A stretch of 64,000 bases of DNA from an uncultured Desulfovibrionaceae bacterium (GCA_944325325.1 CALUZP010000065.1:355-64354), one strand, 5' to 3'. Numbered from the stretch's first letter, positions 29,170 to 39,084 are shown. A program made the numbers and translations. Notes: a model not told the origin generated them from the letters alone.

Positions 29170-30093
29170 TCAGCCGGCGATGTCGTTTCGCGTGACGCAC
29201 CAGGGGGAGGGCCATGGAGGCAGGGCAAGAAAGACCCTGGCCCCGGGCGTGCCGGGCTCGAGGGTGAGGCGGAAGGCGTGCAGGAGCAGGCCGGGGATGG
29301 CCGAGCCCCGGGGAAAGGCCCGGGCCCCGCCGTATTTGGCGTCACCGAGAATGGGATGTCCGCGCGAGGCGAGCTGTACGCGTATCTGATGGGTGCGGCC
29401 GGTCAGCAGGCGGATGCTGAGCAGAGTTGCCTCGGGAAACGCACGCAGGACGGTGACGTCCATGACGGCCTGTCTGCCCGTGCTGGTAGTGTGTACCCGT
29501 TCGGGGCCACCCGGCCTGTCCGTACGCTTTTCGAGCTGGTCTACAAGGCGCAGAGAGGAGGGCAGTTCCCACCGTCCGGCGCACCAGGCCAGGTATTCCT
29601 TACTGAGCGTGTCGTGGTGTGCAAAGGCCTCGTTCAGGCGGCGCAGGGTGGCATAGCTGCGGGCTACAAGCAGCACGCCCGAGGTGTCACGGTCGAGCCT
29701 GTGGGCAGGGGTGGGGGCAAAGGAGGCGTCCGGCGGCATGGCGGCGCGCAGGCGGGTGACGACACTGTCGTCATGGCCTGTGCCCGGATGGGTGGCCAGG
29801 CCCGCCGGCTTATTGATAACCAGCAGATCGGGCGATTCCCAGACAATGGGGAGATCCAGCCGTGCGCCATCCACGGCGGACGGGAGCGTCTGCAGCCGGG
29901 CAAAGGGCGGCAGGCGCAGTTCGTCACCCGCTTCGAGCCTGTCGAAGGGGCCGCGCCGGCCTCCGTTGACGCGTACCTGTCCTGTGCGGATCCAGCGGTG
30001 CAGTTCACTCTGGGAGGCCTCAACGCGCCGTGCAAGGCATTGCAGCAGCTTTTGGCCGGCTTCGGCGTCGCTGACCCGGAATGACGCGCCCAT
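29170..30093 (-). CDS. RluA-family 23S rRNA pseudouridine synthase (S4 domain plus catalytic domain)
   Basis: HRLDRDTSGVLLVA catalytic motif, N-terminal S4-like segment and GRTHQIRVQL. Confidence 0.88.
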   Translation of the reverse strand: MGASFRVSDAEAGQKLLQCLARRVEASQSELHRWIRTGQVRVNGGRRGPFDRLEAGDELRLPPFARLQTLPSAVDGARLDLPIVWESPDLLVINKPAGLATHPGTGHDDSVVTRLRAAMPPDASFAPTPAHRLDRDTSGVLLVARSYATLRRLNEAFAHHDTLSKEYLAWCAGRWELPSSLRLVDQLEKRTDRPGGPERVHTTSTGRQAVMDVTVLRAFPEATLLSIRLLTGRTHQIRVQLASRGHPILGDAKYGGARAFPRGSAIPGLLLHAFRLTLEPGTPGARVFLALPPWPSPWCVTRNDIAG

Positions 30094-30095
30094 GG

Positions 30096-30914
<819 letters not shown>

Positions 30915-30983
30915 GGGTTTCGCTTCTGGAGCGGGGCGGGGGTGGCGTTGTGCGCCCCTGCCCCTGACCGGGTTGTCCCGGGG

Positions 30984-32846
30984 TTAATCGTTGTCGTAAT
31001 CCAGGGCGGGGGGCAGATCCTCTTCGGCCAGGAATTCCTTGGAATGGATGCGCCGGCGGACAGGGCCGCTGGGCGTGTCGTCCTCAGGGGTGGAGACCGG
31101 CTGGCGTTCAAGCGTGGGCTCGGGCAGCGAGTTGTAGGCCGTCCAGAAGGGCGGGATAAGGGCCGTGAGGCTGCCGGGGTTGCTCAGCCGCAGATCGCGC
31201 CGGGTGAAGGCCGCCAGTGCAAAGCCAATGCCCCACCAGACATCCGGTGCGGCCCAGGGCAGGCGGTCGCCTTCCGGCAGGGGCTCGAGGGTATGACCGT
31301 TGCGGGCATACCCCAGATGGCGGAGGAACTCGTCCGCGAGAAGCGTGTCGACGCCTTCCGGCAGGGCGGGCAGCTTTGCGGGGCCGGAGGCAGACAGCCG
31401 GCTGACAAACAGAGCCAGGGCCGGTCCGGCCAGCTCTGCCGGCAGATCCGTAAAGTCCCAGGCCTCGGGCGCGTCCTCGCGCGGAGCGCTCTCTACCTCA
31501 CCGGCGCTGACATGCAGCTCCACGACACGGCGCAGCAGGGCTTCCGCCGGTGCGGCCAGGCGTTCATTGGCAGGCCACTGGCCGTGCAGGACGACATGGC
31601 CGCCGGTGAGCCCGGGCATGGCCAGCAGAGCGAAGGCCAGGGGTAGCGTCATGGCGAGAGCCGGGGCGGCGGCCATGCGTGGAACGCCCGGCGTCACGCG
31701 CAGCGTGAAGCCCTGACGGGTCGTTTCACAGCCGCAGCCGTGCAGGATGGTCTCGGCTTCGTCAAGCAGAGTGCCCGCATGGGCGCACGCACCAAGATCT
31801 ACGGTGACCGGCTTGTGCCAGAACGGGGTGGCCAGCAGCAGGGCGGTAACGGCGTCGTCAGGCAGTTCGCCGGGCACGTTGACGGTGCAGGGCAGCAGAG
31901 CAGAGGCCTCAAGGCGTACAGGCAGGCCGTCCTGTCCGGGAACGACGCTTGACAGACGCGCGCCAAGGCGAGGCAGAAAATGCCGTACAGGCGAGAGATC
32001 GAGGAACCGCAGGGTGCTTTCCCCCAGGATCTTGACCCGCGTCGGACGGGTCAGCAGCAGAAAGAGCAGCAGGTAGAGGTTGAGCGGATCTTCGCCAACG
32101 TGCAGGACCTTGTCGAGGACGGAGCGCACAGCGCCGCCCTGTCCGGGGCCGGCAAAACCCTTGCCGGCGGCAATGCGGACGCGGGGAGTGCCGGCGTCGT
32201 CCCAGCGGGCGTTGGCGCCGAGCTGGCCGAGCATCTTCACGCATTCAACAAGGGGGGTGTTGAGCAGAACGCCGTTGATCGTTGTCTCAGCGCCGGCAGC
32301 CGCAGCCAGGGCGGCGTACAGGCGCGCCTGGCGGGAGGAGCCGGGCAGGGTGAGGTCGGCCTGCACGGGGGAGGAAGACGGCGCAAGGTTGAACGCGCCT
32401 GTAGTCAGATCTTCGGCTGCGACGTTGACTTCCTGCAGCAGGGTGAACATCTGGCGGATGAGGCGCGGATCGCGGCTGACGCGGGCGGCATGCTCCTCCC
32501 AGTGGGTGCGCAGGGCGCGTTCGCGGGAGGCGTTTTCCGGCATTCTGGCCAGCAGGCGCGCCCGCCGTACGATCAGTCTGAGGATGTCTTCATCGACGTC
32601 GCGCAGGGGACCGAGGCTGTCGCTGCGGCGCGGCGCGCGGGCCGATCCATCGCTGGCGGGCCGTCTGTCATCGCGACGGAAACGGGAAGGCGCGGTGTCA
32701 GCACCGCCGGTATGGCGGTCGGTGCGTCCGCTGCGGGGGCGATCAGGACGGGAGGCGTCACGAGCCGGCGCATCCCGGCGTGGCGCATGTTCATCTCGGT
32801 TTTTGAAGGGAGGGCGAGGCTCGCGCGGGGTCTTTACGTCGTTCAT
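30984..32846 (-). CDS. EPSP-synthase-fold (enolpyruvyl transferase-like) protein with an Arg-rich N-terminal region and a chorismate-mutase-like helix; catalytic motifs appear degenerate
   Basis: ORF trimmed to MNDVKTPREP at 32846. Residues from about 190 on follow the EPSPS pattern (LPGSSRQARLYAALAAAAGAETTINGVL..). My recollected motifs PGSKS, GNAGTAMR, RPM, SSQ, KESDR and DHR are all replaced. Confidence 0.5.
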   Translation of the reverse strand: MNDVKTPREPRPPFKNRDEHAPRRDAPARDASRPDRPRSGRTDRHTGGADTAPSRFRRDDRRPASDGSARAPRRSDSLGPLRDVDEDILRLIVRRARLLARMPENASRERALRTHWEEHAARVSRDPRLIRQMFTLLQEVNVAAEDLTTGAFNLAPSSSPVQADLTLPGSSRQARLYAALAAAAGAETTINGVLLNTPLVECVKMLGQLGANARWDDAGTPRVRIAAGKGFAGPGQGGAVRSVLDKVLHVGEDPLNLYLLLFLLLTRPTRVKILGESTLRFLDLSPVRHFLPRLGARLSSVVPGQDGLPVRLEASALLPCTVNVPGELPDDAVTALLLATPFWHKPVTVDLGACAHAGTLLDEAETILHGCGCETTRQGFTLRVTPGVPRMAAAPALAMTLPLAFALLAMPGLTGGHVVLHGQWPANERLAAPAEALLRRVVELHVSAGEVESAPREDAPEAWDFTDLPAELAGPALALFVSRLSASGPAKLPALPEGVDTLLADEFLRHLGYARNGHTLEPLPEGDRLPWAAPDVWWGIGFALAAFTRRDLRLSNPGSLTALIPPFWTAYNSLPEPTLERQPVSTPEDDTPSGPVRRRIHSKEFLAEEDLPPALDYDND

Positions 32847-33078
32847 GTCAGCTATCCGTTTGTTAGGTAAAAATCTTTTGAGGGACTGCGGCGCAGGGCA
32901 GACAAAGAGGCCGCATGCCGCGGTGTGTACGCTTATTTGTCTCAGGATGCAAGCGTAAAAGCGCATGATGATGCCGGTGCTGGCGTGTTGCGTCCGGCAG
33001 GGACGGCAGACGCCGCATAACGCGGCGTCCTTGCGTCGGGGACGGCTGGACAGCCGTCCCCGGAAACCTCAGTTGAAG

Positions 33079-34017
33079 TTACATCTGAACCTGCTGGATC
33101 CCGTCCAGCTTCCACAGGCCTGTGCCGTCGGCATGCCGCACGAAGTGCCAGATTTCCCGCACGTCCGTCGGTGCGGACTGCCGGGCGTCTTCTCTGAGCA
33201 CGACGTTGAAGAACACGGACGCCATCTGTTCGCCATGATCTTCGCGGACATCAACAAGCTGGGCGTCGATAAGCAAAATTTCGGTCTTGCCGGGATTGGG
33301 ATCCTCGGCGGCCTGCTCCCGGATGATCTTGACCAGGGCCGGGGTGGAGAACTCGGCAATGTCGTCGATGTCTCGACGGTCCCAGGCGGCGTTGAGGCGT
33401 GCATAGGCAGCCTTGGCGCCTTTAAGGAATTCTTCGGTGTCAAAGCCTGCGGGCACATGGACGCCGGACGTTTCAACAGTGGCGTTGCTGCCGTCCGGCG
33501 CAGCGGAGGACACCCCGCCGCCCGACAGCAGATCCCAGTTCGGCCCGCTGCGTGGCGTGCCGGGACCTCCTGCGCCCGGGGACTGGGTCTGATAGCGCAG
33601 ATTGCCGAACGCAGGGCCCGCCGATTCCTGTTCCGTGTTCCGGCGCGCGCCGCGCAGACGGGCAAACAGCCGGAAAGCCAGGTAGACCAGACCGCCGAGG
33701 ATGAGGATGTTCAGGATACCGCCGATAACACCGCCGCCCATGCCGCCGAACAGCGAGCCGAGCAGAGTGCCGGCCAGAAGGCCCCCAAAGATGCCGCCCA
33801 TGCCGGGCCGCTGGGCTGCGGCAGCCGCCTGTGGCGTTTCACGGGTGACCCGGGACTGGTTGAAGGTCGAGGCAGGCGGCGTGGCCGGGCGCGACATGAA
33901 CGAGCGTCCGCCAAAGGAGCGCCCGCCGCCAAAGCGCGCCGCGTCAGCGGTGTCGACCGTGACGGCGAGCATGATCAGGGCAAGAAGGCTACAGCAGAAA
34001 ATGGCAAATTTGGACAT
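33079..34017 (-). CDS. Tim44-like domain membrane protein
   Basis: ORF 33079..34593 trimmed to MSKFAIFCCSLLALIMLAV (signal/TM) at 34017. Has a Gly-rich TM segment GGIFGGLLAGTLLGSLFGGMGGG and a C-terminal Tim44-like alpha/beta domain. Confidence 0.75.
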   Translation of the reverse strand: MSKFAIFCCSLLALIMLAVTVDTADAARFGGGRSFGGRSFMSRPATPPASTFNQSRVTRETPQAAAAAQRPGMGGIFGGLLAGTLLGSLFGGMGGGVIGGILNILILGGLVYLAFRLFARLRGARRNTEQESAGPAFGNLRYQTQSPGAGGPGTPRSGPNWDLLSGGGVSSAAPDGSNATVETSGVHVPAGFDTEEFLKGAKAAYARLNAAWDRRDIDDIAEFSTPALVKIIREQAAEDPNPGKTEILLIDAQLVDVREDHGEQMASVFFNVVLREDARQSAPTDVREIWHFVRHADGTGLWKLDGIQQVQM

Positions 34018-34366
34018 GATGTTCCCGCTTGGTTTGGGTGTGGCGTCCTGGTTCACGGTGCATACCGTGCGACGCATACTCATTTTGAGTATAGCTACTC
34101 GGTGCGGGCTTGGCAAGCTGTGATGGCGCCTGTCAGCCTTGACAAGGCGGCACGCTGCACGGCACATCCATGGTTCTGCAACAAACGTATAACAGCCCGT
34201 TTGAGGCGTTTTGCCTGCCGGCTGCGGAAAAATGCCGTCTGGCAAAAGAACGCCGGAGCCATGGCGGCACCGCACTGCTGAAAAACGGCGGGTGCTGCAT
34301 CGGCTGTACAGAAGGCCGTCTGACAACGGGCATAGCCGGCACAGTCCGGGACTGCTGGAGGCGGAT

Positions 34367-35893
34367 ATGATCGCGCGGCTGTGCTGCGGCGGCGTCCAGG
34401 GAGTGGAAGGCTTCCGGGTGGATCTTGAGGTGGAATTGGTCCGCAGGGGCCTGCCCGCCTTTGTTATGGTGGGGCTTGCCGAGGGGGCGGTGCGTGAAGC
34501 CAGGGAGCGGGTGCTTGCCGCTGTCCGGGCAGGCGGGTTCCGCCTGCCGCCAGCGCGTGTGACGGTCAATTTTGCCCCTGCCGATCGCCGCAAGGAGGGC
34601 AGCGCCTACGATCTGCCGCTGGCCGTGGGACTGCTGTGCGCGGCGGAACTGCTGCCTGAAGGCTGTGCCCAGGGCTGGTTTCTGGCGGGTGAACTGTCTT
34701 TGACGGGTGAGCTGCGCGCTGTGCCGGGCATCCTCCCGTTGGCGCTGCTGGCCAGAAAGGAAGGCGCAAAGGGCATGATCGTCCCGGCCGCCAACGCAGC
34801 GGAAGCGGCAGCCGTGCAGGGCCTGCCTGTATACGGCATGGCCTCGCTCGGTGAAGTTGCGGCGTTCCTTGCCGGTGCCCGTGCGGCGTCGCCTGTGCCG
34901 TTTGTCCGGCCGGAGCTTGAACATCCGGCCTACCCGGTGGACTTTGCCGACGTCAGAGGCCAGGAGCATGCCAAGCGGGCCATCGAAATTGCCGCCGCCG
35001 GCGGGCATAACCTGCTGTTCGTAGGTCCCCCCGGCAGCGGCAAGAGCATGCTGGCCCGGTGCATCCCCACCGTGCTGCCGCCGCTCACCTTTGAAGAGTC
35101 GCTGGAGGTAACCAAGATCTACAGTGTTGCCGGAAGGCTTGGCAGCCACGGGCTTATCCTGGAACGGCCCTTTCTGGAACAGCATCCTACGGCCTCGGAA
35201 ATCGCCCTTGTTGGCGGCGGAGCCATTCCCCGCCCGGGAGCGGTATCGCTGGCGCACAGGGGGGTGCTGTTTCTGGACGAGCTGCCTGAATACCCGCGCG
35301 GCGCGCTCGAAGTGCTCCGCCAGCCGCTGGAAACAGGAGAAGTCACCATTTCACGATCAGCCCAGATCGTCACCTTCCCTGCCGACTGCATGCTGGTTGC
35401 GGCCATGAACCCGTGCCCCTGCGGCTATCTGGGCGATCCGGGGCACGAGTGCGTATGCTCCCCCGCTCAGATCCGGCGCTACCAGGGGCGGATCTCAGGC
35501 CCGCTTCTTGACCGGATTGACATGCACGTCACTGTGCCGGCTGTGCCGTATGACGAATTGCAGTCCGGCAGGCCCGGCACCAGCTCGGCCGTCATGCGGG
35601 AACGCATTGCTGCAGCACGGGCTGTGCAGAGGGAACGCTACAGGTCCATGCCCGGCTGCCGCACCAACGCCGATCTGGCCGGCCGGGCGCTGTCGGTGTG
35701 GTGCGAGCCGGACAAGGCCGGTCAGGCCTTCCTGCGCGAGGCTGTGCACAACCTGGCGCTGTCCGCCAGGGCCTATACCAGGATTCTGCGCATCGCGCGG
35801 ACCGTTGCGGATCTGGACGGCTGCGAACACGTCGAGCTGCGCCACCTGGCCGAGGCGGTCAGCTGCCGTGTGCTCGACAGGGATCGCGGCTAG
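34367..35893 (+). CDS. YifB/ComM-family Mg-chelatase-like AAA+ ATPase
   Basis: ORF trimmed to MIARLCCGGVQGVEG at 34367. Has a Lon-like N-terminal domain, Walker A GPPGSGKSMLARCIP, GVLFLDELPE and a C-terminal ChlI-like domain. Confidence 0.92.
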   Translation: MIARLCCGGVQGVEGFRVDLEVELVRRGLPAFVMVGLAEGAVREARERVLAAVRAGGFRLPPARVTVNFAPADRRKEGSAYDLPLAVGLLCAAELLPEGCAQGWFLAGELSLTGELRAVPGILPLALLARKEGAKGMIVPAANAAEAAAVQGLPVYGMASLGEVAAFLAGARAASPVPFVRPELEHPAYPVDFADVRGQEHAKRAIEIAAAGGHNLLFVGPPGSGKSMLARCIPTVLPPLTFEESLEVTKIYSVAGRLGSHGLILERPFLEQHPTASEIALVGGGAIPRPGAVSLAHRGVLFLDELPEYPRGALEVLRQPLETGEVTISRSAQIVTFPADCMLVAAMNPCPCGYLGDPGHECVCSPAQIRRYQGRISGPLLDRIDMHVTVPAVPYDELQSGRPGTSSAVMRERIAAARAVQRERYRSMPGCRTNADLAGRALSVWCEPDKAGQAFLREAVHNLALSARAYTRILRIARTVADLDGCEHVELRHLAEAVSCRVLDRDRG

Positions 35894-36038
35894 AGTCTTT
35901 TGCCATTGAGAAAGGCAGAACGCGAGGCAGCAGCATAGCGCCGCAAGGGCAGAACTGCACGGCCCCCGCGTTGTTTCTGCGAAACGACAGGCCGTATGGT
36001 TTGAAACGTGAAGCGTTTCCAACTGAAAAAGGCTCAGG
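35890..36038 (+). mobile_element. MITE-like element copy C (core 35894..36034, 141 bp) flanked by CTAG/CAGG
   Basis: Same orientation as copy A and the most diverged copy. The left CTAG contains the TAG stop of yifB/comM. Confidence 0.75.
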
Positions 36039-36460
36039 AACGTCCGGAGAAAACCGCTGCCGTCAGGCCGGAGCGCCGGGATTTTCCCCGACATCTCCCT
36101 GTCTTCATGCCTGTTGTCCCGGAGCCTTCCGCAGGCCGTGCGGGACAGCAGGCACGATTGCGCGGCCTGGCCGGGGAGCCACTTCAGCCCGTCAGCCGCC
36201 GTGCAGGGAACTTCCTGACTCACCTGTCCTTAACCTGTCCGGGCAAGGGCTGGCGGATCTGCGGGCGTCCGGGCGGATCAGGCAAGTCCATGCCCAGGGG
36301 AGCGCCTGCGGAGGGGCTGGCAGTCATATACCGCGCGGAATACAGAAACGGCCAGTCATCGTGCCAGAAGTCGTTGCAGTCCAGTCAGCCGGACACGTCT
36401 GAGGCGTCCGGACCGTGTGCCGACACAGAACGGAACGCCGCACATGCGGAAAGACAAAGG

Positions 36461-36505
36461 CCGGGGGCAGGGGGAATCTTGTTGCAAGATTCCCCCTGCC
36501 CCCGG
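36461..36505 (-). terminator. perfect 21-bp-stem hairpin 52 nt downstream of echF, probable ech operon terminator
   Basis: CCGGGGGCAGGGGGAATCTTG-TTG-CAAGATTCCCCCTGCCCCCGG. The G-rich arm style is shared with the hairpins at 150 and 603. Confidence 0.65.
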
Positions 36506-36557
36506 CGGGGTATTCAGGAGACTGGACAGGCGTCAGCCGCAGTGTCTGCCGTTCTGT

Positions 36558-37061
36558 CTATTTCGTCTTTTTTCTGGTGCGCTTTTCCGCTTCCCTGAGG
36601 TCAGGGGTGGCGGCACTGACGGGCCGTGCGGGTTCTTCTGCGGGCTGGGCGTTGACCGCGGGCACGGCCGAAGGCGTTTCGGAACGGTGGGGCGCTGAAG
36701 GCATGGCCTTGTTCCGGGTCCGTTCCACACGCGCGACACCCTTATGGTAGACCACGAACTTGGTGGGCACGGGCATGCGGTGCGAGCTGAGCATGAACAG
36801 ACTGTGGGTGGGGCAGCTGTCCACGCAGATGCCGCAGTAGACGCAGCTGAAGGGGTCATAGCCCCAGAACGCTTCCTTGGGGTCTGTGGAGATGCACTGC
36901 GCGGGGCATTTGTTGGAACAGGCGCGGCAGAAGATGCACGTTTCCACAGAGTTGATGAGGCGTCCGCGGTAGAGCGGGAAGGGATCCCTTCTGGTAAAGG
37001 GGTATTTGCGTGTGGCTGGGCGCTTGAGGAAGTTGCGCAGCAGCGTACTGATCATCAGCAT
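36558..37061 (-). CDS. echF: Ech hydrogenase subunit F (2x[4Fe-4S] ferredoxin-like)
   Basis: ORF trimmed to MLMISTLLRNFLKRP at 37061. Cluster motifs CIFCRACSNKCP and CVYCGICVDSCP, plus a C-terminal low-complexity tail of about 55 aa. Confidence 0.85.
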   Translation of the reverse strand: MLMISTLLRNFLKRPATRKYPFTRRDPFPLYRGRLINSVETCIFCRACSNKCPAQCISTDPKEAFWGYDPFSCVYCGICVDSCPTHSLFMLSSHRMPVPTKFVVYHKGVARVERTRNKAMPSAPHRSETPSAVPAVNAQPAEEPARPVSAATPDLREAEKRTRKKTK

Positions 37062-37243
37062 GTTGAACCTCCGGTAAAGCCGGGATACAGCCCGGCGGCT
37101 GCCCTGAGGCGCCGGGCTGGCCGGCATGCCTCCCAACGGCTGGGTATGTCGAACATCAACGCGGGACGGGCCTGTGGAACAGGGTGCCTGCGGAACGTGC
37201 CAGATGTGCACCGCAGGCAGCCTGCCCGTCCAGACCGGCCGGG

Positions 37244-38320
37244 CTAGCGCTCGGTGCAGCTGATGCAGGGGTCGATGCTCAGCACGGCAACAGGCACGTC
37301 GGCGAGCTGAAGTCCCTTGAGCATGGCCAGCATCGGCGGGATGTTCGCAAACGTTGGCGTGCGGATGCGTACCCGATCGAGGTACTTTGAGCCGTTGCCC
37401 TTGACATAGTAGAGCAGTTCACCGCGAGGCTGCTCCACGCGGGCCACGACCTCCCCTGTGGGATTGCCGCGAACTTTGACGTTGATTTCGCCTTCGGGCA
37501 GGTGGTTGATGGCCTGCCGGACGATATCCATGGACTGATACACTTCCTTGAAGCGCACGATCGTCCTGGCCCAGCTGTCGCCGTCGAGGGCCGTGACCGG
37601 GGTGAAGCCCAGTTCCTTGAAGGCTTCATAATGCAGCATGCGGGCGTCCTGCGCCACGCCGCTGGCGCGCATGGTGGGCCCGACCGCGCCCAGCTGGATG
37701 ACCTGTTCGGCGCTCAGCACGCCGACGCCCACGGTACGCTTGCGCAGTGTGTAGTCGTCGGTGCAGATTTTTTCGAGGCGGTGCATTTCGATTTCAAGCA
37801 GGTTGAGCTCGTCGACGATCCAGCGCTGGTGCTCGCGGGAAAGATCCTTGCGCACCCCGCCGACCACGTTGGTGGAGATGATGACGCGGTTGCCGGCCGT
37901 GGCTTCGTTGATGTCCATGATCCGCTCACGGATTTTCCAGAACTGCATGAACAGGCTTTCAAAGCCGATGGCGTCGGCCAGCAGTCCCAGCCAGAGCAGG
38001 TGGCTGTGCATACGGTGCAGTTCCGACCAGATAATCCGCAGGTATTTGGCGCGGCGGGGCACCTCGACCTGCATGAGGTGCTCCACGGCGTGGCAGAAGC
38101 ACATGGCGTGGATGCACGAACAGATGCCGCAGACGCGCTCGACGATGAAGATCATCTGGTTGTAGTCGCGCAGGGAGGTGAGGTTTTCGAGCCCGCGGTG
38201 GATGTATCCCAGCTTGGGTATGGCTTCGACAACCGTTTCGTTCTCCAGCACGAGGGAAAGGTGCAGCGGCTCGGGAAGCACCGGATGCTGGGGGCCAAAG
38301 GGGATGAGTGTGCGAGACAT
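37244..38320 (-). CDS. echE: Ech hydrogenase large [NiFe] subunit (NuoD/HycE-like)
   Basis: ORF 37244..38722 trimmed to MSRTLIPFGPQHPVLPEP at 38320 (AAGGAG 7 nt upstream). NiFe ligand motifs RVCGICSCIH and C-terminal DPCISCTER. Confidence 0.92.
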   Translation of the reverse strand: MSRTLIPFGPQHPVLPEPLHLSLVLENETVVEAIPKLGYIHRGLENLTSLRDYNQMIFIVERVCGICSCIHAMCFCHAVEHLMQVEVPRRAKYLRIIWSELHRMHSHLLWLGLLADAIGFESLFMQFWKIRERIMDINEATAGNRVIISTNVVGGVRKDLSREHQRWIVDELNLLEIEMHRLEKICTDDYTLRKRTVGVGVLSAEQVIQLGAVGPTMRASGVAQDARMLHYEAFKELGFTPVTALDGDSWARTIVRFKEVYQSMDIVRQAINHLPEGEINVKVRGNPTGEVVARVEQPRGELLYYVKGNGSKYLDRVRIRTPTFANIPPMLAMLKGLQLADVPVAVLSIDPCISCTER

Positions 38321-38694
38321 GGTGACTCCTTGCCGGAAACCGGGGCCAGGGGCCCGCTTCCGAAGCGTTGGGACAATCTGTTGCCCGGGAAAACGGCCGG
38401 GGGCCGTTTGCTGCCGGCGCCGGGGCTTGCCGGCCTGGCGCCCGGGGACGGCGCTTGCTGCGCCCGGGGCTGTTTCATGCGCGCTGTGCCGCCGGATTCT
38501 GCCGTCAGTCCGGGGAGCGCGCTGGAGGTGCCGCCTTCTTCCCAAATCCACATTGCCTGGCCTGCCGGCGCTGCGTCTGCCGGTTTCGCTGGCAGCGGGC
38601 GCGGCCGGAGCGGCCTCTGGCAGGCTGTGCCTGCATCCTTTTTGAAAGCGCCTGTCTTTTGTGCAGGCACAGGCCGGTCCGCAGGCCGGGTGCC

Positions 38695-39084
38695 TTAGCG
38701 TCCGATGGTGGAAATGGTGCACGAAGGACCGCGCAGCAGTGGCGGCGGAGTGTCCTTTTCCAGATACAGGCAGCCCTGGAAGTCGATGACGAGACCGTCC
38801 CAGGTGATGCCGTAGTGGTCGCGGCTTTCGTTCTCGATCAGCATGGCGCAGAAATAGATGTCCGAGATGCTCGGCACCGTGACGCCGATGGGTACCGTGA
38901 GCCTGTAGTGGCGCATCTCAAGGTTCTTGTCATAGTGATAGATGATGTCCAGATTGCCGTCACCGAGGTTGACCACCGACAGAGTGACCAGCCGGTACCC
39001 GGCCTCAAAATTGGCCCGGGCCACCTCGCGCACACGGTCGAGCGGCAGCGGTTCGGCTTCCAGGATGTCCACATGGTTGGGCAT
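38695..39084 (-). CDS. echD: Ech hydrogenase subunit D (NuoC 30-kDa-like)
   Basis: 129 aa with a NuoC-like core (LVTLSVVNLGDGNLDIIYHY.. ESRDHYGI). Positioned between echC and echE. Confidence 0.8.
   Translation of the reverse strand: MPNHVDILEAEPLPLDRVREVARANFEAGYRLVTLSVVNLGDGNLDIIYHYDKNLEMRHYRLTVPIGVTVPSISDIYFCAMLIENESRDHYGITWDGLVIDFQGCLYLEKDTPPPLLRGPSCTISTIGR

Noticed and set aside
30915-30983. TPP riboswitch upstream of thiD
   Set aside because: The gap is only 69 bp and consists of a GC hairpin (GGGGCAGGGG...CCCCCGCCCC). No CTGAGA or ACCTGATCTGGATAATGCCAGC-like elements are present.
33079-34593. Long N-terminal extensions in the ORF track (for example the 504-aa version of the Tim44-like gene, 492-aa EchE, 538-aa Rho, 917-aa AlaS, 387-aa CorC, 435-aa CobT)
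   Set aside because: In each case an internal start with a Shine-Dalgarno sequence or a canonical family N-terminus exists. The upstream extension is Arg/Pro-rich and non-homologous, and often overlaps the neighbouring gene or terminator.
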